Assembly: GCA_009914755.4 (NCBI GenBank)
Contig: CP086569.2
Coordinates: 20,864,001 to 20,928,000 of the forward strand
Direction: 5' to 3'
Source: the human T2T-CHM13v2.0 reference genome, Homo sapiens
DNA length: 64,000 bases
Position numbers and translations under genes: made by a program. The notes under the pieces are model-generated. The model searched no databases and was not told where the DNA came from. It saw only the letters and a program-made list of their open reading frames with translations. Of the stretch, positions 12,480 through 26,858 are shown in pieces. Positions within the stretch are counted from its first letter, which is position 1; each line of letters opens with the position of its first letter.

Positions 12480-15400
12480 AATTTCATGTAATATATGTAG
12501 ATAGATAATGCAAAACAGAAAATCACCATTTGAGGAACACTACAGTAAGAATTACATTATCTCCAGGCCTGCCCCACAAGGGCTCCTGAAAGAAATCCTA
12601 AATATGTAGATTTAAAAATGGTGCTAGTCACATCAAAGACACACCAAAATATAAAGACCAATGATACTAGGAAGAAACTGCATTACCTAGTGTGAAAAAT
12701 AACAAAATAGTATCATTATGACAGGATCAAATTCACACATAACAATACTAAACTTAAATGTAAAATGGGCTAAATTCCCAATTAAAAGAGAAGACCCACA
12801 CTGGCAAATTTGATAGAATGAAGACCCATTGAAGTGTAGTATTCAGGAGATCCTTCTTATGTGCAAAGACACAAAAAGCTTCAAAATAATGGGATAAAGG
12901 AAAATTTAGCAAGCAAATGGAAAGCAAAAAAAGTAGGGGTTGCAATCCTAGTCTCTGACAAAACAGAGTTTAAATCAACAAATAATAAGAACAAAAAAAA
13001 CAAGGAAGGACATTACATAATGGTAAAGGGAATAATTCAACAAGAAGAGCTAACTATTCTGAATACATACACCCAATACAGGAGCAACCATATTCACAAA
13101 ACAAGTTCTTAGAAACATACAAAGAGACTCAGACTGCCACACAATAACAATGGGAGATTTTAACACCTCACTGTCAATATTAGACTGATTGATAAGCCAG
13201 AAAATTAACAATGACATTTAGGACATGAACTCAGCTCTGGATCAGGTGGACCCAGGAGAAATCTACAGAACTCTCTACCACAAATCAACAGAATATACAT
13301 TCTTCTCATTGCCACATGGCACTTATTCTAAAATCGACCACATAATTGGAAGTAAAACACTCTTCAGCAAATGCAAAAGAACTGAAATCATAACAAATAG
13401 TTTCTCAGACCACAGTGCAGTGAAATCACAGCTCTGGATTAGGAAACTCACTCAAAACCCCACAATTTCATGGACATTGAACAACCTGTTCCTGAATGAC
13501 TGCTGGTTAAATAATGAAATTAAGTCAGAAATCAAGAAGTTATTTGAAATGAATGAGAACAAAGAGACAACATACTGGAGTCTCTGAGACACAGCAGAAA
13601 TATCATTAAAAGGGAAGTTTATAGTACTAAATACCCACATCAGAGTGCTAGAAACATCTCAAACTGACAACCTAACACATATTTAGAAGAGGTAGAAAGT
13701 CAAGAGCAAACTAATCTAAAAGCTAATAGAAGACAAGAAATAACTAAGATCAGAGAAGAATTGAAGTAGATAGAGACACAGAAAACCCTTCAAAAAATCA
13801 ACAAATCCAGGAGGCGGCTTTTTGAAAAAAATTAACAAAATGGATAGATTACTAACTAGACTAATAAAAAGAATAGAGAGAAGAATTAAATAGTCACAAT
13901 GAAGAATAGTAAAAGGAATATTACTACTTACCCTAAAGAAATAAAAACTACCATCAGAGAATAGTATAAACACCTCTATGCAAGTAAACTAGAAAATATA
14001 GAAGAAATTGATAAATTCCTGGACATATGAACCCTGCAATTTACCAAGACTAAACCAAGAATTTGAATACCTGAATAGACGTATATCAAGCTCTGAAGTG
14101 GGGGCAGTAATTAATAGAATACTAACCAAAAAAAGCCAACCAACAGACAGAGCCATAGCTAATTCTACCAGCAATACAAAAAGGAGATGGTAGCATTCCT
14201 TCTAAAACAATTCAAAACCATTGAAATGGAGGGACTCCTTAACTCATTTTGTGAAGACAGCATCATCCTGATACTGAAATCAGGAAGAGACACACGCAAG
14301 GAAGAAAACTTCAAGCCAATATCCCTGATGCCATTATCCCTTCAAGCCAGTATCATTGAATAAAACTGACAAAACTAATCCAGCAGCACGTCGAAAAATT
14401 TATCCACCATGATGAGGTCAGCTTCATTCATGAGATGCAAGACTGGTTCAACATATGCAAATCAATAAACATAAGGCAACACATAAACAGAACTAAAGCT
14501 AAAAACCACATAATTATCTCAATAAATGCAGGAAAGGCCTTTGACAAAATTCAACATCTCTTCATGTTTAAAACTCTCAACAAACTAGGCATTAATGGAA
14601 AATATCTCAAATTAATAAGAGCTATTTATGACAAACCCACAGCCAATATCATATTGAATGGGTAAAAGTTAGAAGTATTCCTTTCAAAAAACAAGTACAA
14701 GACAAGAATGCCCTCTCTCACCTCTCGTATTCAAGATAGTATTGGAAGTTCTGGCCAGGGGAATCAGGCAAGAGAAAGAAATCAAGGGTATTCAAATAGG
14801 AAGAGAAGAAGTCAAGATGTGTCTGTTTGCAGAAAACTTTATTTTATATTTAGAAAACCATATCATCTCTGCCCAAAAAATTCTTGAACTGATAAGCAAT
14901 TTCAGCAAAGTCTAAGGACACAAAATGAATGTACAAAAATCACAAACATTCATTTCCAAGAACAATAGGCAAACAGAGAGCCAAATCATGACTAAACTCC
15001 TATTCACAGTTGCTACAAAGAGAGTACAATACCTAGAAATACAGCTAACAAGGATGTGAAAGACCTCTTCTGGGAGAACTACAAACCACTGTTCAAGGAA
15101 ATAAGAGAGGACACAAATAAATGGAAAAACATTCCATCCTTATTAATAAGAATAAACAATATCGTGAAAATGACCATACTGCCCAAAGTGATTTATGGAC
15201 TCAATGCTATTCCCATCAAACTACCATTGGCAATCTTCACACAATTATAAAAGGAAATTATTTTAAATTTCATATGGAATCAAAGAAGACTCCATAACAG
15301 TCAAGACAATCCTAAGCAAAAAGAACAAACTGGAAGCATCATGCTACATGACTTCAAACTCTACTAGAAGGTTACAGTAACAAAAACAGCATGGTACTTT

Positions 15401-16395
15401 AACCAAAACAGACATATAGAGCAATGGTTATTTGATCTAATTAAACTAAATTGCACAGCAAAAGAAACTATCATCAGAGTGAACAGGCAAACCACAGAAT
15501 GGGAGAAAAATTTTGCAATCTACCCATCTGACAAAGGTCTAATATCCAGAATTTATAAGGAACTTAAACATATTTAAAAGAAAAAACAAACTTCCACATC
15601 AAAAAAATGGGGAAAGGATATAAACAGACACTTCTCAAAAGAAGACATTTACACAGACAACAAACATATGAAAAAAAACTCAACTTCACTGATCATAGAG
15701 AAATGCAAACCAAAACCACAATGAGATACCATCTCATGCCAGTCAGAATGGTGATTGTTAAAACGTCAGGAAGCAATAGATGCTGGTGAGGCTGTGGTGA
15801 CATTGGAACTCCTTTACACTATTGGTAGGAATGTTAATTAGTTCAAACATTGTGGAAGACAGCATGGTGATTCCTCAAGAATCTAGAACCAGAAATATCA
15901 TTTCGCCCAGCATTCCCATTACTGGGTACATAAAGAAAGGAATATAAATCGTTCTATTATAAAGACACATGCACACAAATTTTTATTGCAGCACTATTTA
16001 ATACCAAAGACATGGAACCAACCCAAATACCCGTTAATGATAGACTGGATAAAGAAACTCTGGTACATGCACACCATGGAATACTATGCAACCATAAACA
16101 ATAATGAGATCATCTCCTTTGCATGGACGTGACTGAAGCTGAAAGCCGTCATCCTTAGCAAACTAACACAGGAACAGAAAACCAAACACTGCATGTTCTC
16201 ACTCATAAGTGGGATTTGAACATTGAAAACACATGGACACAGAGAGGAGACAACACACACCAGGGCCTGCTGGGGGCTGGGAGTTAGGGGAGGGAACTTA
16301 GATGATGAGTCAATAGGTGCAGCAAAGCATTATGGCACACATATCCCTATGTAAGAAACCTGCATGTTCTGCACAATTATCCTTTTTTTAAAGAA
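12480..16395 (+). mobile_element. LINE-1 (older L1P/L1M-like): ORF1 3' end, ORF2 with internal deletions, 3'UTR; may extend upstream to ~11200
   Basis: atgacaggatcaaattcacacataacaata (ORF2 start context), ORF2 pieces ([38 protein letters not shown]), 3' end ...acacaccagggcctgctgggggctgggag... Confidence 0.85.
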
Positions 16396-17699
16396 ATAAA
16401 ACAAAGTTGTTTCATCAGGTTTGTAAAATTTAACTAATAAGATAAAAATCTCATATATATTATAATAAATTTCATTAAGTTTTCTCAAAACAGCTATTTA
16501 ACATTCTCTGAAAGGGTATGCATCTCTACCTCTCTGAGATTGTTAAATGGCACTTTCAGTATGTTTTGTGAAGTGATTGTTTCCTACCCTGTCCTGATGC
16601 TTGCAGATGTTCACCTGTGCCTGTATGTTGAAAAATTTTAAGTATTTAACCTAATCTTTGTAGTCTGGGTTTATTTGTCCTTCTTGAGAAGGCTTTTTAC
16701 CTATTTAATAGTGATTAAGTGTTGTGATTTAAGTCTTTGCTCACTGCAGTCATATCTCCGTTGAAAGCAGTTTATTCCCAGGAGCAGTTTGCTATTTGCT
16801 GATTCATATAAGTAATGACTTGATGGTCTTAGATATGATATGGTAAAAATCTCTGAATTAGCATGTGGAGTCTCCTTATCACTTTTCTTAGTTTTCCGCA
16901 AACAAATGAGGTTTCTTTCTCCAGAATAAGCTGCCTGGAGTTGTAAGAGAGAGAACAAAACTTTCTCATAGCCACAATCATCAGAACTGTGCTTCTTCAC
17001 ACCTGAAGCTAGCACAGAATTGGGTCTTTCCCAAAGACTGTGGTAATTATTGCCTGACTGTTGATAATTATTAGTGATCCAGAGGTTATTTTAGCAGCAG
17101 CTAATATATCTTTCCTGGTCTGGTGTTTTCTTCCAGGGCAATGGGTTTCCTTCGGAAACAGTGTGGGTCTAGAAGTGCCATTCGGAAACCAGAGTGTGGA
17201 ATCAGAAACTTTCTGGATATTCTTGATGCTTCATTTTACTGTGGCAAAGTTGCTTTCCAAATTGCAATACGTAGTCCTCTTAACACTTTATTATCTTGTC
17301 CTCAAAAAGAGAAAGTAATTTTTGAACTTTTAAGCTGTCCTGCCTGGAATTGTGTGTGGGGTGACACAAACATTTTTTTGGACACCTAAGCTTGTGTCTC
17401 ACTGAATCAGATGCACTTTAATCTCACTGTCCCTGAGTCCAGAAAAGGTACCAGAATTTTCCCAGAAATTGCCATCTGTGTGGCCAAACTGCTTTCAAAT
17501 TTATTTGGGACTCTAGAGCATTTTAACTTTGGGGGCCAGCCACAACTCAGGTTCCAAATTTTGGGCTGAATAAGTCCCCCCTGGCTAGGGCTGATCTAAG
17601 TACTCCCTCCCTGGGCAGTGGCCAAATTCTGCCCTTGGAATTTCCTAGGTGGTAGGAGCATCTTTTGTTCTAAGGAGGTGCCTCTAAATGGGCTCCTGG

Positions 17700-18545
17700 A
17701 CAGCCTCAGGATGCAGGCTAGTTGATATGGAATGAATCATGAAGGTTGAACTTTCAGTCCCACCCCTGGACCTCCAAATAGGGGAGACAGGTTGAAGGTT
17801 GAGTTGATCACCAATGGCCAATGATGGGCCAATGGTCATGCCTACATAATAAAGCCTCCATAAAACTCCAGAGGACAAGGTTCATGGAGCTTCTGGATTG
17901 CTGAACACGTGGAGGTGATGGGAGGGCAGTACACTTGGAGAGGGCTTGGAAGCCCACCATAGAAATGCTTTTGTCCTTTATGCTTAAAGACATGTCTGCA
18001 GCTACACTGATAAAGGAAAAACTCCCAGTGTAGAAATTATTTGTCCTTTGTACAACCAGTAGGCTTACAAGAAATAGTCACTTCTCTTTTTGTGGCCATG
18101 TACATGGTAGGCTTTGTTGGGATACAGTGAGCACTTTTCCTTTCTTTTTTGGACAGGCTTTGACCTGTGAGCTAACCCTCTATAAATCATCAATCACTTC
18201 AGCCTCTGATTTGTCTTGGACCAAGGTCTTGGGCCAAGATTTCACTTCAGCTGCTAATTAGTCCCAGTCCAAGGTCCTGTACCAAGCTTTTTACTTCAGC
18301 CTCCTTGTTGGTCCCGGGCCAGGGTTCCCAACCAAGCTAAGTAATGCTTTCTCCAAGAACAGTCAGCACATTGCTTCTCTTCCCAGTCCATAAAAACCCT
18401 GGGCCTATCCTCATAGTGGCAACTCTTTTCTGAGTCCTCTCTCTGCTGTGGAGACATTTTTTTATTTTGCTTATTAAACTTTTATTCCAACCTCACCCTT
18501 TGTCTCTATGCTTCTTAATTCTCTTGGTCATGAGACAAAGAACTC
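17700..18545 (-). mobile_element. Unclassified ERV LTR, inverted copy of the family at 575-1200
   Basis: rc carries the same ~45-bp tandem units (ggaaccctggcccgggaccaacaaggaggctgaagtaaaaag ...), TATA (gatttatagaggg) and the same start (acaaagggtgaggttggaataaaagtttaataag). Confidence 0.5.
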
Positions 18546-19799
18546 CAAGTGGTACCTCACAATGAGACTGCTACATTGTGGTGCATTGTTGAGACTATAA
18601 CACTATCATCATAGTCCTCAGCAATACTTTACTTTTCAAAATAATGGACTCTCTTATGTGTGTCTTGTAGGACTCTACTAGTTGTGATAAACATCTTCAG
18701 AATTTGTTTTCAATTCTGGAACTTTTTTTTTTTTTATTTTGAAGTAAAACATTTCCAGATGAATTAGCTTTGTTTGGTAGAATTTTTTGTTTTATCACAT
18801 TGAAATTTGGGATATTTTTAGCTTTTTTTTATACAAATAATCTGTCTGCCACTCCTAAATATATCTAGTCAATAATGTCTAATAAATGTCATATTTTATT
18901 TTTTTGATATTTTAAAAATATTTTAAAAATATTTTTTGTGTTTATGAATCAATACGTCTTTAATTTCGTGATGATTTTGTTACCAGGAATTCTGCATTGC
19001 AATGGTTCCCTGAACTATGGACATAAACAGAGTCAGAGCTCTTAATGAATAATCTTAGTTCTTGTGACAGTGAGCAAATAATTGCAAAATAACATCAAAA
19101 TACAAGTTTAAAAAATGTTTATTGAAGCACAGTAACACACTCCCAGAAAGACAGTGGAGTAATTTCTGTGAAATGAAATTATCCTCTCTTTACACAACTC
19201 GGTCTTTCATGGAGGTTTTGGAGGGAGGAGTTGAGGTTTGGGCTGTGTCTGAGTGACAAAATAGTGTTATTTGTTTAGCAGTTAATGGATATTTAGCTAA
19301 AATTAAACTATGACTGTTCTTAACCCTAATTCATTAAGAAAAGCACACTGAGTGAAGGGCAGTAAATCCCCATGTAATTTTTATTATAATAAGAGCATGG
19401 TGGGCTCAGTTTTAATTTGAGGACACAGTTCTGTGTTACTGGGCATGTGGCACTTTAGGTTATTTCCACCTGTGCACTAGTTTGTCCTGTTCCAGGCTGT
19501 GCTGGCCAGACCTTACCACAATCTCCATCCATTAAGTTTGAGTTAGAACAGCTCTGGGGCTAAACTTAAGTGGGTCATGGGCTGTCTTCGTGACATCCTT
19601 TCTGCTCTCTTTTCTAACTGCCTTGCTGATGCTAATATCTAACTACCTAATATTTTACCTTCAAGAGTAAAGGACCCAAATCTTTGATAGATGTGTAACA
19701 ATCAATCTGGTTACTTCCTGATGACAAGGACCAGTGGTATTAGTTAAGTCCTCTCTCTCACTTTCTTTAAGCTAGAAGGTTGAACATAAGATAATGATA

Positions 19800-20450
19800 C
19801 ATGCCCAAAGAGTTCAGGTAGATTTCAATGTGGTTGGAAGCTCCTGGTATCTTTGTTGTACAATTATTTGAAGTTTTATGGATTATAAATAACAAGAAAT
19901 GAAATGTACACAAATGGCAAATAAACATGGACCAAAAAGGAGAAGTAAAATAGTTACCAGGTGTCCTTCCAGTAGAAGAAACCAAGATATAAAAGGCAAA
20001 TAACCCTTTACATTTGTCCATATAGGGTTTGATTGATTCGTGCTTGCTGTTTTGAGTCATGTAGCCACTTCAAGGACTCTATTGGCTTCTTTGGAAGAGT
20101 TGATATGAAAAAAACAGGAGGTATTGGCCAGGGCACAAAGTCCCCCTTGTTTGTCCAAAAGATAATCTAAGGCACTACGACAGTCTGCCACCTGAGCTGC
20201 CAAGGAGTCAAGGGATGTTTGTAAGGCTTAAAACCCTTGCCTGTATTTTCAGCATTATATTGTAAGTAGGTGGACACATCTCGTATAGTATGGGCATTAT
20301 AGGCTATGCCTCCTGCTAAACCCCCAAGGGCACTTACTGAAGTACTAATTCCCAGTGCTATTAGCCAAGGTCCTTTTTTATTTCTGTGATGGTTGAGACT
20401 GGGGGGAGTAAGGTTAGTATACATTTGGATGGTGTTTGGCACATTTGTTA
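19800..20450 (-). pseudogene. ERV envelope TM-subunit remnant (furin-like site, fusion peptide, ISD/CX6C motif)
   Basis: Minus-strand translation ...HHRNKK|GPWLIALGISTSVSALGGLAGGIAY... then (after a frame change) ALDYLLDKQGGLCALANTSCFFHINSSKEA. Confidence 0.6.
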
Positions 20451-22699
20451 CCCAAGTTAAGGAGTAGGTTCACCTGATTGCTGATTGGTCCAAGCTGCTT
20501 AGTCCTCATAGCTTGCATTTTTTTAAAATCTGCATTCAAACCATAATATTTGAAAAGCAGAGATAGTTGCATGGTTTCTGAGAATGAGTTTGATAATGTT
20601 GCGGAGTAAACAATTGTTAATCATATTACTTTCTGATACCAAAGGTCCCCAGGATGCCCTGGTCCATTTATAAGCCTTACCTAGGAATACCAGTTTGTGA
20701 GTATTCCACCTATCACATTAGCTCATATGTACTCGATGGCATGACTAACTGCTTAAGTTTTGTTATATTTGCATGTTTTCATTATCCTAGATTCATTTAA
20801 CCTTTAGTATGTAAAGGCCCTTGGTTTACAGTCTTAAGTAGCTGAGAGCAAATTTAATAAAGCCTTGAGTGGAAGAGTCTCAATTTTGACTTTTGGGATG
20901 TTCAGTAGCCATTTGACTTGGAAAATCTGTTTTTTTTAAATCAACAATAATAATATATTTGAGGACTCAGGAATATAACAGTCTTCAAAAAGACCGTGAA
21001 TACTGGTGGGGGCTGTTGTTCCAGAGATGACAATATAAAGATTTTTTTAAAGCTGTTAATGGTTTAATCATTCTTTACTCAGACTTTATCTTCTACCTCC
21101 AGACCTCAATGTTTCAGTAATTCATGATGTTATCACTGACTGTATGTCACTTATTTTCCCATACAGTATAAAATTGAGTCTATCATTAACCTATCTGAAA
21201 TCTGAATAATGTGAACGCCCCAGGTAGGCACAAGGAAGAAACAGGTGAAGTCTGTGGTTTTAACCTTCCAAGGTGCAACCTTCTCCTTTTTTTATTAGTT
21301 CCTGGGCTCCAAATAGAACTTAACTACCACCTCTCATTACCTGGAGTAGCTGGTCAGTAGATTCGTATCTTTCCCTTTCAAAATATAGTGGTGAATCTTC
21401 CATCTTTAAGCTGTCTTTTGGAAATGTCTCTGGGCCACAGTTTGTTCCTCTGAATAGAGGAATGGGAAATACATTTACCTCGCACAGTTTTTCTTGGGAC
21501 TAAATGGGCTAAAACATGGCATGTAAGCCTGCTTTTGTGTAAGCCTGGTTTTGTGAAACAGGCTGCTTGGTGTGCTGCAGTTGTTCTTGTTTGTTTGTTT
21601 TGCCTCTCACATAAGAAGCTATCTGATTTATACACCTATTACTTATGTTCCTATATGTTTAAAAAACACATAGAAAGACAACAGTTTTTTAAACATGTGT
21701 AAGGAGGTTTATATTCCTTCTAGCTAGTCTTTGTCTTCAACACAGACAAAAAAGAGAACTCTGGGAGTTACTGGTGGAGGATCTGGATTACAAGTCATAT
21801 AGGTTATTGGCATTTTGAACAAATAATTGTGCAAAATGCACAGAGAAAGCTAAACAAGAATAAACCAATCAAAGCATAGCTTTATTGAAATGAAAGTAAA
21901 CTCCAAAGAGTGGGTGTGGGCTCAAATAAGTGGCTCAAGAGAACTGATTATAGAGTTTTCTGGGGTTTAAATGCCTTCCAGAGATTTCCCATTGGTTACT
22001 TGATTTACACCCTATGTAAAGAAAGTAGAGACTCTTGACTGTCTGATTGGTTGTGAAAGGGGCCAATCAGTGGCTGAATTGAAGTTACAAAGTTATACCA
22101 TATGCAAATGTATGATTGGTTGTCAGAGGGATCTTAACAGAGGCAAAAGTGAAGGTAGAAAGTTTCACCCCTGTAAAAATGAGGACTAGACCCATGACTA
22201 GTCTGATGGTGATGGAAAGTTACAAAATCAGAGGACCTTACCATTTTTTATCATGCCACAGAAATGGAGGGTGGTTGCAAGGGTACTAGCTTTTTATCTT
22301 TTTGTTCCTTGGGCATAGAGAGTTGGGGCTTTCTTTTAATTTAATGCTAGTAAGTCAGCACAAGTTGGCCTTAGATTCCCTGCTTCCAGACTCTATTCTC
22401 CTACTTCATTTCTCCCCCGAGTGATGTTTTCCCCTTAAATGTTTACAGAAGGCTGAGGGGACCAATGGTCCTTCTTCTGTAACTGCTTTATGCAGACTTG
22501 GAGTGCAGTGCCTACTTACTGGGTACCACAGAACCCTTGTCTTGCTTTGTCTAATGGAGACAGGGTAGCTTCTTAATGGCCAGGGATGGTGTCTTTACCG
22601 GGAAATGGCTGAAAATATTGTCACATAAGATGATTGATGGTTTCTAGCCAGGAGAAAATAAATTTGGCTAAGAGATTTAAAAAACATAGCCCCCAAACC

Positions 22700-23300
22700 A
22701 AGGCAAGAATAATCATTAATAATGGACTGGCCAAGGGAAGGAGACATGAACCCCAACTTGACATGTATGACCAGGAGCCCATGACTTGTATAGCTGTTAT
22801 TGTATCTTACAAGCTCAATTGGCCAGTTTTCAGGCAGCATCCCTTACTATTCCTTATTCGTTGATGTAAAAACAGCATTCTTCCTCCAGAAAATAAACAT
22901 AAGCCATCTTTTTCAATGGTTAAAATATCCAGTCCCCTTCTATTTTGTAAAGCAACCACTACCAAGATGTTTATTTTGTAAAGTGACAATACTTTGGGCA
23001 GTTTAATTCAAGCTTTCTGAAAGATCCTTGGACAAGTGGTTGTTAATAGGATAGGAAAGTTGCAAGAGTGCTAACTCTTGTTTCCACCTCTGCTCTTATT
23101 TGTTCACCTACCAAAAGACTTATGAGTTCTATGGGTCATTTGTGCCTGGCTGTTGCAGTTAAAGGCATAATGAGAGACTGGTTACTGTTTCAACCCAGCC
23201 AGTAAGGGTGTCTATTAGTTCTAGCAAAAATTTGTATGCTTTCAAAGCTGTCATCTAGGTGCAATCTAATTGCCAATCTCCCCCTCTAACTTTAGCCTAT
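22700..23300 (-). pseudogene. Gamma-type (class I) ERV env TM remnant with canonical immunosuppressive domain and CX6CC, frameshifted
   Basis: Minus-strand [23 protein letters not shown] then, at +1 frame, GEECCFYIN. Confidence 0.6.
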
Positions 23301-24944
23301 ATATTCACACATGGAATCTCTTTTACAATTACTTTTTCATAAACCTTCCCCAACTCATTCAAATCCTTAGATTTGTCCTATCTCACTTAAAAAAACACTT
23401 TAACCTTCAACACTTATGCAAGTAATCCACATTCACATGCTTTTACCAAAAATACACTATACTTTTGTTATACAAATCCTCTTCAGATCTTAAACAGACC
23501 ATCTACAAATGTTTGGAATTTCTGACTTGTCCTATGTATCCCTCTTTTTAGACAACCAGTTATTTTAGTCCAGGACAAGAATTACCAGACAAGATCTTTT
23601 CTCATACAAAATTATTATTTTTATAACCTTCATTATCAAAAATACATGTTAACATAAATAAATTTCTTCATATATCTCTCCCCTACCTATTAGTTCATTA
23701 CTATCCTATTTTATAAATAATCTTTTTAAAAAGTCCACAATTTGAATTAAGTTTTAAGTAACTTTGTAACTACATAAAATCATTCTTTCTCACCAATAAC
23801 ACATCTTTTGGCACATTTTGAATACAGAACTATGTGTTAACTAACATTCTTATCTTTAGTAACCTTAAATTTTAGTGAATCCCTAAAAAGAAAGGAATCT
23901 TGAGTTTGTTATGTATTGAGTAAACTTTATTATTTTAATCTCTTCAATCCTGCTATATGCACATGATCTTTTTTGGATCCTGAGTGTTCAGAGGCTGGTG
24001 GGCAATGTCTATGCCATTTTGAGTTCTTTGGTGTAGTTGTACTCACCTGTAGAGAATGCCTGTTATTTATACCAGTATACTACTTGAACTCAATCTTACA
24101 ACACATTTCTTAGTGTTGTCTAATAATAATCAAACAGAAAAGTGATGATAATGTAAAATAACTCATATGTGTTTGTTCAGATAAAAGTAATTAAAGAAGA
24201 AAAATCACCAAAGGAAAAAAATGAAAAAAATTCTCATCACACTCACCTATCATCACTACACTCAATTTGTTTTCTTAGTCTCTATTTCTCACATAAGAAT
24301 GCTAGATATCACATTAAGCTCAAAACTGTAATTCAGTTTTGAGCCTAATGTAAATCAGGTTTGTCTTTTTTTAGAGTCAGTAGATTATTAATCTTTATTT
24401 CATCTTTGTCATATACGATAATATATTCCTAGGACCTGGTCCTTAGACATGGGCGTTATGGTGTGGCTTTATTCCATTTGCCAAATGTCCTGTTATATGG
24501 ATCTTTTTAATATGATTTTAGAACCTGTTAAAGTTTTGTTTCTGTCTCTGAAAAACCTTAAGTTTTTTTTTTTTTAACCTCAGGAGCAAATTGCTAAAAT
24601 TCAGTTCTCAATGTTAGAAGGAGACATAACATTTTGCTGTTTTATGGGAGATATTAATTTGCATTCATATTCTTTAATTGAGACTTCACTTTATATAGGG
24701 AATACCTTTTTATGGAATACTTTTTTATATTAGGAATACCTTTTTATGCCTTGAGATAATACTAAGGTATCTAATAGTAAAGATAATTCACCTTAACTTA
24801 ATGAGGATATATCTGTATCAGAACTGTTCATAAATTTTACTGAATAGTTCTGCTGTTACTTTTTCTTGTTTGTTTTTCTTTTTTTGCCTCTATATAGGCA
24901 CCACTGTGATGTCCAATTAATCCAAAATGGAATAATACAGCTCT

Positions 24945-25240
24945 GGCCAGCTTCAGTATCACATGCCTGTAATCTCATCACTTTAGGAAGCTGGGGCAGG
25001 GGAATCAGTTGGGTCAAAAAGTTGGAGACCAGCCAGAGTAACATAAAAATATCCTGTTTCTATTAATTTTTTTGAAAGAAATTAACTTGGTGTGATGGCA
25101 CACTTCTCTGGTACCACTGACTTGAGAGGCTGAGGCAAGACAATCACTTAAACACAGGAGTCTGGTGCTGCAGTAAGCCATGATCACATCAGTGCACTCT
25201 TGCCCAGTTGAGAGAGTAAAATGTTGTCTCAAAAAATACA
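24945..25240 (+). mobile_element. Alu (old, AluJ-like, diverged)
   Basis: ggccagcttcagtatcacatgcctgtaatctcatcactttaggaagctgggg...gcactcttgcccagttgagagagtaaaatgttgtctcaaaaaata. Confidence 0.8.
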
Positions 25241-26759
25241 GCTGTATGAGACATACAAACATAATTTTAAAGAAATTAATGAAATTCTTATTCTGAGATG
25301 AAAGATTGTTTGACTATAATTTTAAGGTCACTTAAAATTATACCAGGCCATAAATATAAATGTGTAAGGCAATGAATACAGTTTGACATTTTTACCATGT
25401 ACTCAGGAAATTGCATCTTACTTGAAATACTGTTTTAAAGCCATCTTATGTTTATGATTTTATATAAAACAAATTGTATAGTTTATATAACAGGTGTTAT
25501 TTTTTCCCCAATTTGTAACCTAGAAGAGATACACATTTATCTCAATGTCTAGATCCACACAATGAATGATTGCCACCGAAATATACTGGAACCATCAGCA
25601 TAGTTGGGGTCTTCTATAATTTTTGACTTATACGAAGCTCCAGGATAAATCAGATTAAAGGCACAGTAATAACCATATTTTAAGTATTAAAGTATTGTAC
25701 CAGAAAAGCAGTAGCTGTACATGAAATATCAATATATAAAAAACTACTTGGTAACTATATATGAATCACCTTACTAATATATGTCCATATATATGTATAC
25801 ATAAATGTGTGCATATTACATATAAGTATACGTACTTATAATCATATACAATGGTAGAGGAAATAACACCAGTAAATCAACTGAACAAAAGATTGATCAC
25901 AAATGACGTAGGCTTAGATCACATGTCTGAAGCAAAGAGAATGTAGTGAAAGTCATTAGCCATTTATGAAGATTAAATTATGTTATGCATAAGAATATTA
26001 TAACATGGAGAGTATTAATGAAAAAAGTCTATTTTCTCATCTTTATAACAATGTCAAATTTACAGATATTTTTTTTAATAAATACCATAATTTATCCACA
26101 GATATTTACACTCAGCCATGTTTTAGATAAAATTTATATACAACCTACATAATAAAATAGCCTACCAGGGTTACTTTATTACAATCATAATTACTTGGTC
26201 ACCACTATTTTTACCATCTTTTGTGAACCGTGCTGTTTGACTCTTGACTGGTCATTGGCAATACAAAATATTTATGAAAAACACACATGGTAGGTGATGG
26301 GCTTTTGATTGATGCTGTGGCAATAGTTGGCAACATCAGAAAAGTGAACCCATAATTGTAGAAAACTGTACACCATTCTACCTAGTTTCATGAAACAATT
26401 TTGTAAAATATAGAAATGCCAGAAAAGCAATTTTGATAGTTATAACCAAATAACTGAAATACATATTGTTTGACAGTTTAACTTAGTAAAGGATGTAGCT
26501 GAAAAGACATTGTTTGCTAGTATAGATATTAATAATATCTATCAATTTAATTACTAAATCCCTAGAAGGAAAATAGTGTTAGAAATGTTACTGCAGATAC
26601 AAGAGAGAGAAATAACTAGATGGGCTTTATCAAAAGTTACATGTTACAAATTTTTAAATGCTCTAAGTATGTGCTTTTGTAGTATGCAACATTTTTCTCA
26701 TTTCAATTATGAAGAAAATATGAGCATGCCAGGTATATTTTCTGAAACCTGAAATTTGA

Positions 26760-26845
26760 ACAGTTTGGGAGGCTGAGGAAGGAAGATTCCTTGAGGCTAG
26801 GATTTAAAGAGTAGTCTGGGTAACATAGTGAGGCCAACCTCTGGT
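26760..26845 (+). mobile_element. Alu/FLAM fragment, abutting the poly-T of the adjacent minus-strand L1
   Basis: cagtttgggaggctgaggaaggaagattccttgaggctaggatttaaagagtagtctgggtaacatagtgaggcc. Confidence 0.4.
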
Positions 26846-26858
26846 TTTTTTTTTTTTA

